The notes under the pieces were generated by a model. It made no database searches. It worked only from the letters and a program-made list of their open reading frames with translations, and had not been told where the DNA came from. Made by a program: the position numbers and the translations under genes. A stretch of DNA of 64,000 nt from an uncultured Candidatus Peribacteria bacterium (GTDB lineage Bacteria > Patescibacteriota > Gracilibacteria > Peribacterales > Peribacteraceae): contig CAYUZT010000003.1 in the NCBI GenBank assembly GCA_964449445.1, positions 110,371-174,370 of the forward strand. The letters are read 5' to 3'. Of this stretch, positions 1 through 8,678 are shown in pieces; the stretch's first letter is position 1; each line of letters begins with the position of its first letter.

Positions 1-1018
1 CTTCCTCTTCTTCCGTGAGCCATACGCGGCGGATGCGATATGCGGGATGATTCGGCGGGACGGCGACATGGTCGTGCTCATCGACGGCGTCGCGATCCCC
101 CGATCCGCTGCCATGCGCCACCCATGTTCCAGAGCAAGCGCGCATGATTGGCTCCAACGCCGTGACGAGGCCGCTCGCGGGCGTCTGCACTTCGACGTGG
201 TCATCACGCTTCACATGAATGTACGGTTCACGATTCGAGACGACAATCACTTCATCACCCGAAAGTTCTTTGTGCAAAAGTTCCTTGAGCGCGCGCGGTG
301 TCCACGTTGTCTGACTATCATCCCGCAGCCGCCTGTCCGTTTCGAGATCGCGGATGAGCTCACGGAGATCGCGCACGATGGGCTGAAGCTCGGGCCGAGT
401 GCCGGGAGCCATAGGATGACGAAGTCCGTTGCTGCGCAGAAGCGCCCGTGTGCCGGATATCCACCCGCGCCAACTGAGCCATGCGATGAACATCGTCACC
501 GTTGCTACAACGACGCCGACGATAAGGAAGAGGTACATGATGTACTGTTTCGTCGTCGCGCTGCGGCGCTGGACGAAGCTCATGTCATGGACAAGCGCGA
601 GGTGCCCGAGAACGCGGCCCGAGCCCTGCACGGTATGGAATGCGACATGCAGAGGCCCTTTCGGCTCCTGGATCACCTGACTCACCAGCTCGCCGCTGCC
701 CGCTCCGGGGCATGCGATATCTTCGGGGAACTCGCCGCTCTGATAGGAAAGTTTGCCTTTTGCATCGCAGAATCCGAGCGCGTACATACGTTCGTCCTGT
801 TTCACCCTGTCAAAAAATGACTGGACTTTTGTTTTTGAACGCTCGTCGAGAACATCGAAGATCGATTCGTCAACGGCGGAGGAGATGAGCTTGCTGCGCA
901 GATCAAGATCCCGCACAAACCACTGGACCATAAGATTGTCCACCAGAGGCACGACAGCATAGGCAATGAGGCCAATTGCAAGAAACAGCGGAATGACGAA
1001 CCGTAGGAAGAGTCGCAT
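1..1018 (-). CDS. otsA: alpha,alpha-trehalose-phosphate synthase (GT20, OtsA-like), partial; C-terminus lies beyond the window start; about 230 aa N-terminal membrane-bound extra domain
   Basis: Open minus-strand frame from ATG 1016-1018 runs off the window edge, so it is absent from the ORF track. My translation is MRLFLRFVIPLFLAIGLIAY..., a second hydrophobic helix YIMYLFLIVGVVVATVTMFIAWL, then VIVVSNREPY..SGLVTALEPIM..TWVAHGSGSGDRD..YRIRRVWLTEEEE, typical of the GT20 core. It starts 6 nt after the GH15 gene. Confidence 0.8.
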   Translation of the reverse strand, partial: MRLFLRFVIPLFLAIGLIAYAVVPLVDNLMVQWFVRDLDLRSKLISSAVDESIFDVLDERSKTKVQSFFDRVKQDERMYALGFCDAKGKLSYQSGEFPEDIACPGAGSGELVSQVIQEPKGPLHVAFHTVQGSGRVLGHLALVHDMSFVQRRSATTKQYIMYLFLIVGVVVATVTMFIAWLSWRGWISGTRALLRSNGLRHPMAPGTRPELQPIVRDLRELIRDLETDRRLRDDSQTTWTPRALKELLHKELSGDEVIVVSNREPYIHVKRDDHVEVQTPASGLVTALEPIMRACSGTWVAHGSGSGDRDAVDEHDHVAVPPNHPAYRIRRVWLTEEEE

Positions 1019-1024
1019 AGTTCT

Positions 1025-2875
1025 CTATGAGGATACACCATCCGGCAGGTTTTTCTCTCCAATAAGTGGCTGCTGCGGCGGTGGTGCCCCGAGGAAGCGC
1101 GAAAGATATATTGCGCTGTTGATGAGTCCGACGTGCGTGAATGCCTGCGGAAAATTTCCAAGAAACGCACCTGTGGTGACATCGATCTCCTCGGCATACA
1201 GTCCGAGATGGTTTCCCATTTGCAGGAGTTCCTCGAAGTGTGTGCGTGCCTCTCCGACGCGGCCAGCGAACGCGAGGGCATTCACTAACCAGAAACTGCA
1301 AAACCCGAAGGCACCTTCCTTACGGTGATGAGCGCTGCTGCGATAGACGAGTGCCCCGTCGGCAAGTTCGCGCTCAATCGTACCCAGCGTATGGGAGGCA
1401 TGGGGATGATCTGGTGGCAGGAATTCAAGAATGGGGAAGAGCAACGCCGTCGCATCGAGCACATCCGAGTCGTATGCCTGCACAAAGGACATTCGCTTCT
1501 CGCTGAAGCCGCGTTCCATCACCTGTTCGCGGATGGCGGCACGTTCGCTCTTCCACTTCGCAGAATCGACGTTCCATTGGTGTTCTTCGGCAAGCCGGAT
1601 TCCACGGTCAAGCGCCACCCAACACATGACTTTGGAGTAGACGTAGTGCTGTGGTTCCGCACGAAGCTCCCAAATACCGTTATCCGGTTCCCGCCAAATT
1701 TCGCAGACGTAGTCGACGATATCTCTGAGCACTCCCGAGAGTGCATGATCCATGCCGGGATGCAGATGTTCCGACCGGAACACCGCCTCGAGGATCTCCC
1801 CGTAGATGTCATGCTGCCGCTGCTCCGATGCCCCGTTCCCGATCCGCACCGGGCGCGAATCGAGGTAACCGCGAAGATGCGGCAATTCCTCCTCGCCCCT
1901 GAGCGTCGTACCATGCAATGGATACAGCACTTTGAGATCAGCGGGCCTCCTGCCGCTCGTCACGAGGATATCGGTGATCCAGTCGAGGAATTCGCGCGCG
2001 TCATTGAGGTGACCGAGCGCCGTGAGTGCCTGGATCGTGAACGACGTATCTCGTATCCAGTTAAAACGGTAATCCCAATTATCCTTCCCCCCCGGGATTT
2101 CCGGCAGCGAGGTTGTTGCAGCCGCAGCGATGCCCTTTCCTCCCGCGAGGATTTTCAGGACAAGGGAGGAGCGAGTCACCTGCTCTTTCCAGAGCGGAAG
2201 CGACAAACAGCTTCCCGCTTCACATTCTGAACTCCAACGGTTCCAGAACTGAATGGTCTTCTCAAGGCTGCGAAGCGGCGGAGGTATATCTTCTCTTTCC
2301 GTGTTGCCGTAGGCGCAGATAAAGGAGAGATCATCCCCCTCCTCCAACGTCACGAGGGCTTCCGCGCCATGTGTGCCGATGGTGAACGGACAATGGGCAT
2401 GTAACCGCAGAACGTCCTCGGTTCCCTCAACAAGCAGTCCTCCGTTCACCGGGGAAAGTGTCGTCACGCCCCGGGCGTAGTCGAGACGCGGGTCAAAGAG
2501 AATGCGGCAACGGACCGTTCCCGCAAGGCAACGGACGAGCCGATACAGGGCGGGCAGGCGATGCTGTTCCCTCTCCTCAAAACTGAAGCTGCTCATGTGC
2601 ATCCAATCGGTCAGCTCCAGCGTGCCGCCGTCGCACGCAAATTCAGTTCGCAGTACGTTTGTGTTCGGATGGTATTCTTGGACATTGGTCACGAACGGAT
2701 AAGCCGGTGTGATGGAGAACGAGCCTCCTTTCTCAGGATCGAGAATAGCAGCGAACACGCTCGGAGAATCGATTCTTGGCAGACAGCACCAATCGATGGA
2801 ACCGTTCTTGCCGACAAGCGCGCACGATCCCAAATTGCCGATGAAGCCGTAGGAGGAGATGGGGTGGAATGTCAT
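1025..2875 (-). CDS. glycoside hydrolase family 15 (glucoamylase/trehalase-type)
   Basis: 616 aa. N-terminus SSYGFIGNLGSCALVGKNGSIDWCCLPRIDSPSVFAAILD and the later WDYRFNWIRDTSF, HDIYGEILE and FWLVNALA blocks are GH15 hallmarks. ATGA overlap with otsB. Confidence 0.85.
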   Translation of the reverse strand: MTFHPISSYGFIGNLGSCALVGKNGSIDWCCLPRIDSPSVFAAILDPEKGGSFSITPAYPFVTNVQEYHPNTNVLRTEFACDGGTLELTDWMHMSSFSFEEREQHRLPALYRLVRCLAGTVRCRILFDPRLDYARGVTTLSPVNGGLLVEGTEDVLRLHAHCPFTIGTHGAEALVTLEEGDDLSFICAYGNTEREDIPPPLRSLEKTIQFWNRWSSECEAGSCLSLPLWKEQVTRSSLVLKILAGGKGIAAAATTSLPEIPGGKDNWDYRFNWIRDTSFTIQALTALGHLNDAREFLDWITDILVTSGRRPADLKVLYPLHGTTLRGEEELPHLRGYLDSRPVRIGNGASEQRQHDIYGEILEAVFRSEHLHPGMDHALSGVLRDIVDYVCEIWREPDNGIWELRAEPQHYVYSKVMCWVALDRGIRLAEEHQWNVDSAKWKSERAAIREQVMERGFSEKRMSFVQAYDSDVLDATALLFPILEFLPPDHPHASHTLGTIERELADGALVYRSSAHHRKEGAFGFCSFWLVNALAFAGRVGEARTHFEELLQMGNHLGLYAEEIDVTTGAFLGNFPQAFTHVGLINSAIYLSRFLGAPPPQQPLIGEKNLPDGVSS

Positions 2876-3738
2876 GCGCCGGGGAAAGAATGGAGGAGCC
2901 GGTCAAGGAAAACGGCTACCTCAGTGGTGTCTTGAAGCACATAGCGTGCAGCCGTTTTTGCGGACGATGGATTGCCGATGCGAACAGTGATGCCATAGTC
3001 CCTCAACGCGAGAAAAGCATCTTCATCGGTTTCGTCGTCTCCGAGATACACGGGCAGTGTTTGATTTTGCCAATCCGCACCGTGCCGCTTTTCCAGAAGC
3101 AACCTGACCGTTTTCCCTTTATCCCAGTCCACATTTGGTCGCACTTCCACCACGCTCTTCCCTGAACTCACGCGCAGGAGATGATCGGCGTTTTGATTTG
3201 CCACAATGGCCGAGAACTCAGCGAGAATAAGAGGAATCTGACCGGGCTCAGCTTGACGAAAATGCACGGCAACAATAAGTACTTTGTCTTCCACGATCAC
3301 ACCGGTATATGGACGCATAGCACGCTGGAGTGTTCCTGCAAGAGTGCGTATTGCATCGTGCATGTGATTCGGAATCTGCTGAACTTTCTGCATGTCTGGG
3401 CCGTCAATCTCTAGTCCATGATTTCCAACATATGTAATGCCTGGAACGCCCACACACATACGGATGTCTGCAAGCGAGCGACCGCTTACAATGCTCGTAT
3501 GGAATGAGTCATGACGGGAGAATCGCCTGAGAAGACCCAAAGTATTTTCGTCGAGGAGGGCATCCTGCGGTCGCGGTGCAATAGGAGTGAGAACGCCGTC
3601 GTAATCACAAAAGAGATCGATGTGCCCGATTACATGCGTTGCATTTTCGATATCCTTCAATGAATTCCTTAAAGAGACAGATCCCGGGGAAGCAGTATTG
3701 GTTTTTTCGCCTTCGTTCGTTTCTCGGGCATGTGGCAC
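2872..3738 (-). CDS. otsB: trehalose-phosphatase (HAD family)
   Basis: DYDGVLTPIAP HAD motif I, SGRS, and YLGDDETDEDAF motif IV. GTG start. First gene of the otsB-GH15-otsA operon. Confidence 0.85.
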   Translation of the reverse strand: MPHARETNEGEKTNTASPGSVSLRNSLKDIENATHVIGHIDLFCDYDGVLTPIAPRPQDALLDENTLGLLRRFSRHDSFHTSIVSGRSLADIRMCVGVPGITYVGNHGLEIDGPDMQKVQQIPNHMHDAIRTLAGTLQRAMRPYTGVIVEDKVLIVAVHFRQAEPGQIPLILAEFSAIVANQNADHLLRVSSGKSVVEVRPNVDWDKGKTVRLLLEKRHGADWQNQTLPVYLGDDETDEDAFLALRDYGITVRIGNPSSAKTAARYVLQDTTEVAVFLDRLLHSFPGA

Positions 3739-3750
3739 TCATGAAGTATA
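3739..3750 (-). promoter_or_regulatory. -10 box TATACT placed 6 nt upstream of the otsB GTG (putative leaderless promoter)
   Basis: Minus-strand reading is TATACT-TCATGA-GTG. The box is at 3745-3750. Confidence 0.5.
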
Positions 3751-3838
3751 CATTGCGGCGTGCCGAACGCTCTCTATATTAAGTTCTGAATCATCCCACA
3801 GCTCTCGACGCAAGAAGGATGAAGAGTATTGAGAGAAA

Positions 3839-4456
3839 TTACTGCAGTGATGCTGTTGCGAACGTGACACTAAATGGCACGCACCAGATAACCACACTTC
3901 CATACGAACTGAGATCGGTGTCTGTGGGAATCTCGTAGTTCTGATTGCCCTTGTTTCCCTTCAGCCTGCCGAGGTCGAGAAAGCCGGAGTCCACATTTCC
4001 ATCGGTGCTGCGAACGAGGTAGACGCTTAATGCAGGGCCATTGGTCACGGTGAAATCCTCAAAGCGGAGCACGCGCTTTCCATCAGGAAGGACGTAGACC
4101 GTTGCCTTGCCCGATCCGCGATGGAAACTGTCTGCATCCTTGAACGTGCCTCTCAATGCAACGGCGGGTTGTGAATCCATTGGCTCATCCGCGAGCGTAT
4201 CCTGCATTTTCTGGCCAAGTTCTTCCATCATTCTCTTCTTTTCCATGCGCTCCGCCTCGGGCATCGCCTCTACTTCTTCCGGGGTGAGAGATTCTATCTC
4301 CTCAACCTTCATCCTCTCGTCGTCGGTCAATCCCGATGTGGCAGATGGGAGCTGCTCATCGACAACGGTATCGAAAAAAAGTGGCGAACCGAGATACCAG
4401 CCGATGCCGGCCAGGACGACGACTATGGTGCCAATGCCGATGTGCTTAGCGTTCAT
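3839..4456 (-). CDS. DM13 domain protein with N-terminal membrane anchor
   Basis: C-terminal block GTFKDADSFHRGSGKATVYVLPDGKRVLRFEDFTVTNGPALSVYLV matches the DM13 pattern. Start chosen at the internal ATG (MNAKHIGIGTIVVVLAGIGW); the ORF track starts at a GTG at 4483. Confidence 0.65.
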   Translation of the reverse strand: MNAKHIGIGTIVVVLAGIGWYLGSPLFFDTVVDEQLPSATSGLTDDERMKVEEIESLTPEEVEAMPEAERMEKKRMMEELGQKMQDTLADEPMDSQPAVALRGTFKDADSFHRGSGKATVYVLPDGKRVLRFEDFTVTNGPALSVYLVRSTDGNVDSGFLDLGRLKGNKGNQNYEIPTDTDLSSYGSVVIWCVPFSVTFATASLQ

Positions 4457-4493
4457 TGGAGACTGCACAGAATCATAACACACGTCGCCGGAT

Positions 4494-4664
4494 TCACTTC
4501 ACTCCGCACTTGCTATTACCATACGAGCAGAATACACAGCAATCCTGCATCTTCGGGCGAAGTCGCTTTTTGCAGTGCGGACAGACGTAGAAAAACTGGC
4601 AGCAATCCTTCGGGATCTCCGCTTTTGATTGCTGGCCACACTCCGGACAGGTAATCAAGGCCAT
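4494..4664 (-). CDS. small Cys-rich zinc-ribbon protein, GDCCVxC-type motif
   Basis: MALITCPECGQQSKAEIPKDCCQFFYVCPHCKKRLRPKMQDCCVFCSYG. Start at the internal ATG of ORF 4494..4838. Confidence 0.5.
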   Translation of the reverse strand: MALITCPECGQQSKAEIPKDCCQFFYVCPHCKKRLRPKMQDCCVFCSYGNSKCGVK

Positions 4665-4749
4665 TTTCGAAAATATACAGCTCTTCGTACGTCTCAGTCC
4701 ATGGAAGGCATACAATCGTAGTTTTCTTAATTCCCTTCCCAATATCTCT

Positions 4750-5100
4750 ATGCCACACACGATGACCAAGGAATCACCGGTGATGCGACAGTGCATCAAA
4801 GACTGCAGAGAATGCGAGCGGGTCTGCAAGGAGACCATGGCTCACTGTCTCAAGATGGGCGGCACGCACGCAGAGGCGGAACATATTGGTTCACTCAAGG
4901 ACTGCGTGGAAACATGTAAGCTCAGTGCTGATTTTATGGAGCGCGATTCGCATCTCAATCCAAATGCCTGCCAACTCTGCGCCGAAGCCTGCGACCGTTG
5001 TGCGGAATCGTGCGAATCGGTCGATCCGAGTGATGCGCAGATGAAATCCTGTGCGGAGATCTGCCGTCGCTGCGCCGAGTCCTGCCGCAAAATGTCTTGA
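4750..5100 (+). CDS. four-helix-bundle copper-binding protein (DUF326-type, Cys-rich)
   Basis: Repeated CxxxCxxC spacing: CIKDCRECERVC, CVETCKLSADF, CQLCAEACDRCAESC, CAEICRRCAESC. Confidence 0.7.
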   Translation: MPHTMTKESPVMRQCIKDCRECERVCKETMAHCLKMGGTHAEAEHIGSLKDCVETCKLSADFMERDSHLNPNACQLCAEACDRCAESCESVDPSDAQMKSCAEICRRCAESCRKMS

Positions 5101-5171
5101 TGATGCCTTGCGGATTCATGTTCAAAGAATTCTGGCTGGGGAGGAAGGTCTGCTTCGCAAGCTACGCAGAC

Positions 5172-5465
5172 CTATTCTCCACCAAACATTTTCTGCTCCG
5201 CACGCTTCGCAAAAGCTTTTGACCAGAAATGACGTTTCGCGAACGCATATCCAGAACCTCCTTTCAAATAGCGTTCAAATGCTTCAGCCTTTTCCCGTTC
5301 TTGAAAACTTACAATGACCTCAATCTGCCATGGAATATGAGCAGATGTTGTTCGGGTGATTCCGCGATTATGTTCCTCGATGCGTTCGCGAAAATCCTTG
5401 GTTGTGAATCCCACGTATGTCATTAGCGGGTTTTTGATACTTCGAAGAAGGTAGACGTGAAACAT
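5172..5465 (-). CDS. GIY-YIG nuclease domain protein
   Basis: MFHVYLLRS...TYVGFT..RIEEHN....W..E..V.F..R..A...E..LK pattern. TATTCT lies 8 nt upstream of the ATG. Confidence 0.7.
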   Translation of the reverse strand: MFHVYLLRSIKNPLMTYVGFTTKDFRERIEEHNRGITRTTSAHIPWQIEVIVSFQEREKAEAFERYLKGGSGYAFAKRHFWSKAFAKRAEQKMFGGE

Positions 5466-5508
5466 AGCGCGCAAGAATAGCCAATTCTGCGAAGCTTGCG
5501 AAGCAGAA

Positions 5509-5583
<75 letters not shown>

Positions 5584-5665
5584 ATGCCGAAAGCAGCTTA
5601 CCAGAATCTGAAAGTCAAAAACCTGATCTGCGATTGAGCGATAAAGTTGATACAATCGTGAATGT

Positions 5666-6388
5666 ATGAAGGCGAAAGCTTCAGAGCAGTTCATCGACCT
5701 CACCCACACTCTTTCTTCCGATATCCCCAGTTGGGATGGTGGGTGTTGTTTCTCGCTTCATATCGAATCCGATTACAAGGACTGTACCGCTCCGAATCTC
5801 TTCCGAACGCAGAAGATAGAAGCGATGGCAGGAGCAGGAACGCACATGGACGCTCCAGCTCACTGTTTTGAGGGAAGTACGACCATTGATGCTCTGGAAC
5901 TGAAGAACCTATCGACGGCATGCGTCGTTATTCGTGTGGATAATGAAGCAACGGAGAGCTACAGAGTGATGCCCGAGAGAATCACGAGATTCGAAAAAGA
6001 ACATGGGAATATACAGCCGGACACGTTCGTGATTTTCTACACGGGCTGGAGCAAATATTGGAATACTCCTAAGAAATATCGCAATGACCTCGCATTTCCG
6101 AGCGTCCACGAAGACACGGCAAGGTTACTGCTGGAAAGAAACATTGCAGGCATTGGAATCGATACACTTTCCCCGGATGCTCTGGGAAAGGATTTTCCTG
6201 TTCACCGAATCATTCTTGGAGCAGGCAAATACATTGTGGAGAACATCGCCAACGCGCAAAATGTTCCGCCGACTGGAGCGAAAATACTGGTCATGCCTAT
6301 GAAGATCAAAGACGGAACCGAAGCGCCAATCAGACTGATTGCCGTGGTTTCGTACACTGGGCAGCAACACCTGCACCTGTCCGTTTAG
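5666..6388 (+). CDS. cyclase family protein / arylformamidase-like
   Basis: IDLTHTL...GTHMDAPAHC motif. TACAAT lies 9 nt upstream of the ATG. Confidence 0.75.
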   Translation: MKAKASEQFIDLTHTLSSDIPSWDGGCCFSLHIESDYKDCTAPNLFRTQKIEAMAGAGTHMDAPAHCFEGSTTIDALELKNLSTACVVIRVDNEATESYRVMPERITRFEKEHGNIQPDTFVIFYTGWSKYWNTPKKYRNDLAFPSVHEDTARLLLERNIAGIGIDTLSPDALGKDFPVHRIILGAGKYIVENIANAQNVPPTGAKILVMPMKIKDGTEAPIRLIAVVSYTGQQHLHLSV

Positions 6389-6479
6389 CCTTTACGGCAT
6401 TTTTTTTCAATATGTGTAAGAATACCAATACAGAGGTGTCTTCTTTCTATCGCCCGAAAACCCCCTCTTCAAAGTAGAT

Positions 6480-7838
6480 ATGAGTAAAAAAACCAGTATT
6501 TCCGCCTCCCATGCCATAGCTCTCAAGCTGAAAGTATTGGCTAGGGAAAAAGAGAATGTCCGGCGCAAACTGGTTATCACGGCAGAAAAACTCCGTGTGA
6601 AAGCCAAGCAACTCGCGGTGACCGCCAAAGAAAAAGAGACTGTTCGGCGCAAGTTGGTGGTGACTGCCAAGGAAAAAGAGGATGTGCGGCGCAAGCTGGT
6701 TATCACAGCGGACGAACTCAAAATGTCACGCAAAACGCTCGAGAAGAATGTCCTTGAACGCACGAAAGCCCTTGAGCAGATTAGAGCGAAAGACGAGGCG
6801 ATTCTGGCAAGTATCGGCGATGGACTGGTGGCAACGGATAAAAACGGACGGATTCTGCTCGTGAACAAGGCATTTGAGAGACTCCTGGGCTGGAAGGAAG
6901 CAGAAACACAGGGAAAGTTTCTGTCCAAGGTGCTGCCAATGATGGACTCCAGTGGGAAGATTATCGCGGAATCAGACAGTTTAGTCACAAAGGCTCTCAA
7001 GGAACGCTCGACGTCCACCAGTACGAGCACTGTCTACTACAAGCGGAAAGACGGATCATCGTTCCCCGTTGCGATAACGGTTGCTCCTATCTTCATCGGT
7101 GACAAGCTGATTGGCGCAGTGAAAGTATTTCGGGATATTACCAAAGAAAAAGAAATTGAAAAAGCGAGATCGGAATTCATGTCCATCGCGTCCCACCAGC
7201 TTCGGACGCCTCTCACGGCAATCCGATGGGTGCTCTCGAATCTCAAGAGACAAAATCTGCCCGAGGAACAGAGGAATCTGGTGCACACCGCGCACGAAAC
7301 ATCCACACACATGGCCGTGACGATTAAGAGAATGCTGATGATCTCCCATCTGGAAGAAGGTGGCATGGAACCAGACATCACGCAGGTCGACCTGCAGGCA
7401 TTGCTGGATAAGGTCTCCCGCCTCCATGATGCGCATCGGACGAGGAACGGGCTGGAACTTGTCGTCCAATGCTCTTTGGATCTGCACGTACGCACGGATG
7501 AGCAGCTGCTCATGGAAATTCTGGATAACCTCCTCAGCAACGCCTACAACTACACACCGAGAGGCGGGAAGGTGACCCTGAGAGCTGCAAAAGAACGAGG
7601 CATGATCCGTATCGATGTTGCGGATACGGGCTACGGCATCCCGCAGGCAGAGCAACAGAAAATCCCGAAGAAGTTCTTCCGCGCCTCGAATATCGCCAGC
7701 CCTGCGGCAGCAGGCACCGGTATCGGCTTGTATATGGTGTATAATATTGTGCGGTTGATCGGCGGGACAATCTCGTTTGTCTCGAAGGAGAACAAGGGCA
7801 CCACATTCACGCTTCTATTTCCTTCCTCACTTGTATGA
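6480..7838 (+). CDS. cytoplasmic sensor histidine kinase (coiled-coil repeats, PAS, HisKA, HATPase)
   Basis: FMSIASHQLRTPLT H-box, LLSNAYNYTP N-box, DTGYGIP G1 and GTGIGLYMV G2. A PAS-like segment ILASIGDGLVATDKNGRILLVNKAFERLLGW is present and there is no TM helix. Confidence 0.9.
   Translation: MSKKTSISASHAIALKLKVLAREKENVRRKLVITAEKLRVKAKQLAVTAKEKETVRRKLVVTAKEKEDVRRKLVITADELKMSRKTLEKNVLERTKALEQIRAKDEAILASIGDGLVATDKNGRILLVNKAFERLLGWKEAETQGKFLSKVLPMMDSSGKIIAESDSLVTKALKERSTSTSTSTVYYKRKDGSSFPVAITVAPIFIGDKLIGAVKVFRDITKEKEIEKARSEFMSIASHQLRTPLTAIRWVLSNLKRQNLPEEQRNLVHTAHETSTHMAVTIKRMLMISHLEEGGMEPDITQVDLQALLDKVSRLHDAHRTRNGLELVVQCSLDLHVRTDEQLLMEILDNLLSNAYNYTPRGGKVTLRAAKERGMIRIDVADTGYGIPQAEQQKIPKKFFRASNIASPAAAGTGIGLYMVYNIVRLIGGTISFVSKENKGTTFTLLFPSSLV
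6540..6704 (+). repeat. three copies of a 42-bp (14-aa) coding repeat (KEKExVRRKLV[IV]TA) in the kinase N-terminus; two tandem at 6621-6704 and one at 6540-6578
   Basis: ACCGCCAAAGAAAAAGAGACTGTTCGGCGCAAGTTGGTGGTG (6621-6662) is followed by ACTGCCAAGGAAAAAGAGGATGTGCGGCGCAAGCTGGTTATC (6663-6704), with an earlier related copy. Confidence 0.8.
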
Positions 7839-8197
7839 GCAAACACGTCCTCATTGCCGAAGACGACACTCTCCTTGCAGATATGATGGGGAAAATTCTG
7901 AGCAAGAACAACGTACGCGTCACGATCACCTATAACGGGCAGGAAACGATAGAAGCTCTGGAGAAGGAAAAGCCGGATGTCCTGCTTCTCGACGTCCTCA
8001 TGCCGGTGCTGGATGGGCACCATGTGTTGAAGGTCATGAAGGAGAAAAAGTTGGATTGCCCTATCATCGTGCTGACCAATCTCAACGATGCAATGACGAG
8101 GAAGCAATGCAGGGAGATGCAGGTGAAAGAGTATTTCGTGAAGAACGACATGGACGATGATTTCCTCTGGCCCGCGGTTGAGAAGTATCTGCAGTAG
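7835..8197 (+). CDS. stand-alone response-regulator receiver domain
   Basis: IAEDD acidic pocket, LLLDVLMP phospho-acceptor Asp, VLTN, and K in EYFVK. 4-nt overlap with the kinase gene. Confidence 0.85.
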   Translation: MSKHVLIAEDDTLLADMMGKILSKNNVRVTITYNGQETIEALEKEKPDVLLLDVLMPVLDGHHVLKVMKEKKLDCPIIVLTNLNDAMTRKQCREMQVKEYFVKNDMDDDFLWPAVEKYLQ

Positions 8198-8270
8198 ACC
8201 GCTGATCGCTTCCCAGCAAAAACAAACACGGCATCTTCACTTTTCTGGTTTCCTCCTTCCCCCAACCTCT

Positions 8271-8642
8271 ATGAGCGAACAACAAAAACATGTGCTCATT
8301 GCCGAAGATGAAGCATTCCTGCTCAGCATGATGCGGAGCATCCTCAATCAGCACGGTGTTCGCGTGAGCACTGCGCAGAATGGACAGGAAGCCATCGACA
8401 TCATCATCAAAGACCCCCCTGACCTGCTTCTGCTCGATCTGCTGATGCCGCATGTCGACGGCTTTGCCGTTTTGCAGCATAGGAAAGACAAGAAAATGAA
8501 ATTTCCTGTCGTTGTCTGTTCCAACCTCAGCGACAAGGCAAACATAGAAAAATGTGAAGAGTTTAACGTGAACGAATACCTGATCAAAAGCGATATGGAT
8601 GACGATCAGATTTGGATTATTGCGGAAAAATATCTACGATAA
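8271..8642 (+). CDS. stand-alone response-regulator receiver domain (paralogue of the previous gene)
   Basis: MSEQQKHVLIAEDEAFLL, LLLDLLMPHVDG, VCSNLSD. The C-terminal tail NEYLIKSDMDDDQIWIIAEKYLR parallels KEYFVKNDMDDDFLWPAVEKYLQ of the upstream receiver. Start at the internal ATG. Confidence 0.85.
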   Translation: MSEQQKHVLIAEDEAFLLSMMRSILNQHGVRVSTAQNGQEAIDIIIKDPPDLLLLDLLMPHVDGFAVLQHRKDKKMKFPVVVCSNLSDKANIEKCEEFNVNEYLIKSDMDDDQIWIIAEKYLR

Positions 8643-8678
8643 TAATTGCGCGTCACTCATCCATGCTACATTTGACGC

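Noticed and set aside
47-820. 257-aa plus-strand ORF at the window start
   Set aside because: It is antisense to the open-ended minus-strand frame, which translates to a convincing GT20 trehalose-phosphate synthase N-terminus. The plus-strand product has no recognisable features.
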